Source of the DNA: Eledone cirrhosa
Lineage: Eukaryota
Assembly (NCBI GenBank): GCA_964016885.1
Contig: OZ024741.1
Coordinates: 161,944,001 to 162,008,000, forward strand
Direction: 5' to 3'
DNA: 64,000 bases
The translations under genes were made by a program, and so were the position numbers. Position 1 is the first letter of the stretch, and every line of letters starts with the position of its first letter. Below, in pieces: positions 63,879-64,000 of this stretch. The notes under the pieces are model-generated. The model was not told the DNA's origin and did no database searches. It saw only the letters and a program-made list of their open reading frames with translations.

Positions 63879-64000
63879 CATCATCATCATCATTTTACGC
63901 CCACTTTTCCCTGCTTGCAAGGGTGGGACGGATCCTATTCAGCACAGCATCTCTCCACTTGTCACAGTCCTTCGTCATCTCCTCCATGAGCTTCAGCAAT
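63879..64000 (-). mobile_element. 3' end of an RTE LINE running off the window
   Basis: Minus strand LKLMEEMTKDCDKWRDAVLNRIRPTLASREKWA*, followed by (atg)n. Confidence 0.8.

Overview
AT-rich eukaryotic genomic DNA, almost entirely transposable-element debris and simple repeats. The RTE LINEs with (ATG)n tails, tRNA-derived SINEs and abundant microsatellites suggest a coleoid cephalopod such as Octopus; this is an inference. No intact protein-coding gene is recognisable. The elements are: two near-full-length but frameshifted RTE LINEs (6989-10960 and 45137-48640, minus strand) and many RTE fragments; a degenerate R4/Dong-like LINE; L1/Tx1 fragments; two mariner relics; a Tigger/pogo relic; a Chapaev3 relic; an internally deleted Helitron and other Helitron ends; five copies of a TTAA-flanked piggyBac-type MITE; and three SINE families. 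A 32 x 60-bp G-free minisatellite explains the 718-aa ORF. Possible host features are two plus-strand exons (19673-19726 and 33890 onward) that would encode a polybasic, Cys-rich C-terminus, and a CpG-rich candidate promoter at about 37.6-38.6 kb. The most unusual items are a 270-bp palindrome carrying hammerhead-like motifs, two nearby hammerhead-core remnants, several fold-back hairpins, a mosaic SINE whose two LINE-derived parts both have donors in this window, a PHD-like finger inside the RTE reverse transcriptase, and a Tx1 fragment flanked by roughly 150-bp direct repeats. I cannot demonstrate a new biological system from the sequence alone. Boundaries of degenerate elements are approximate.
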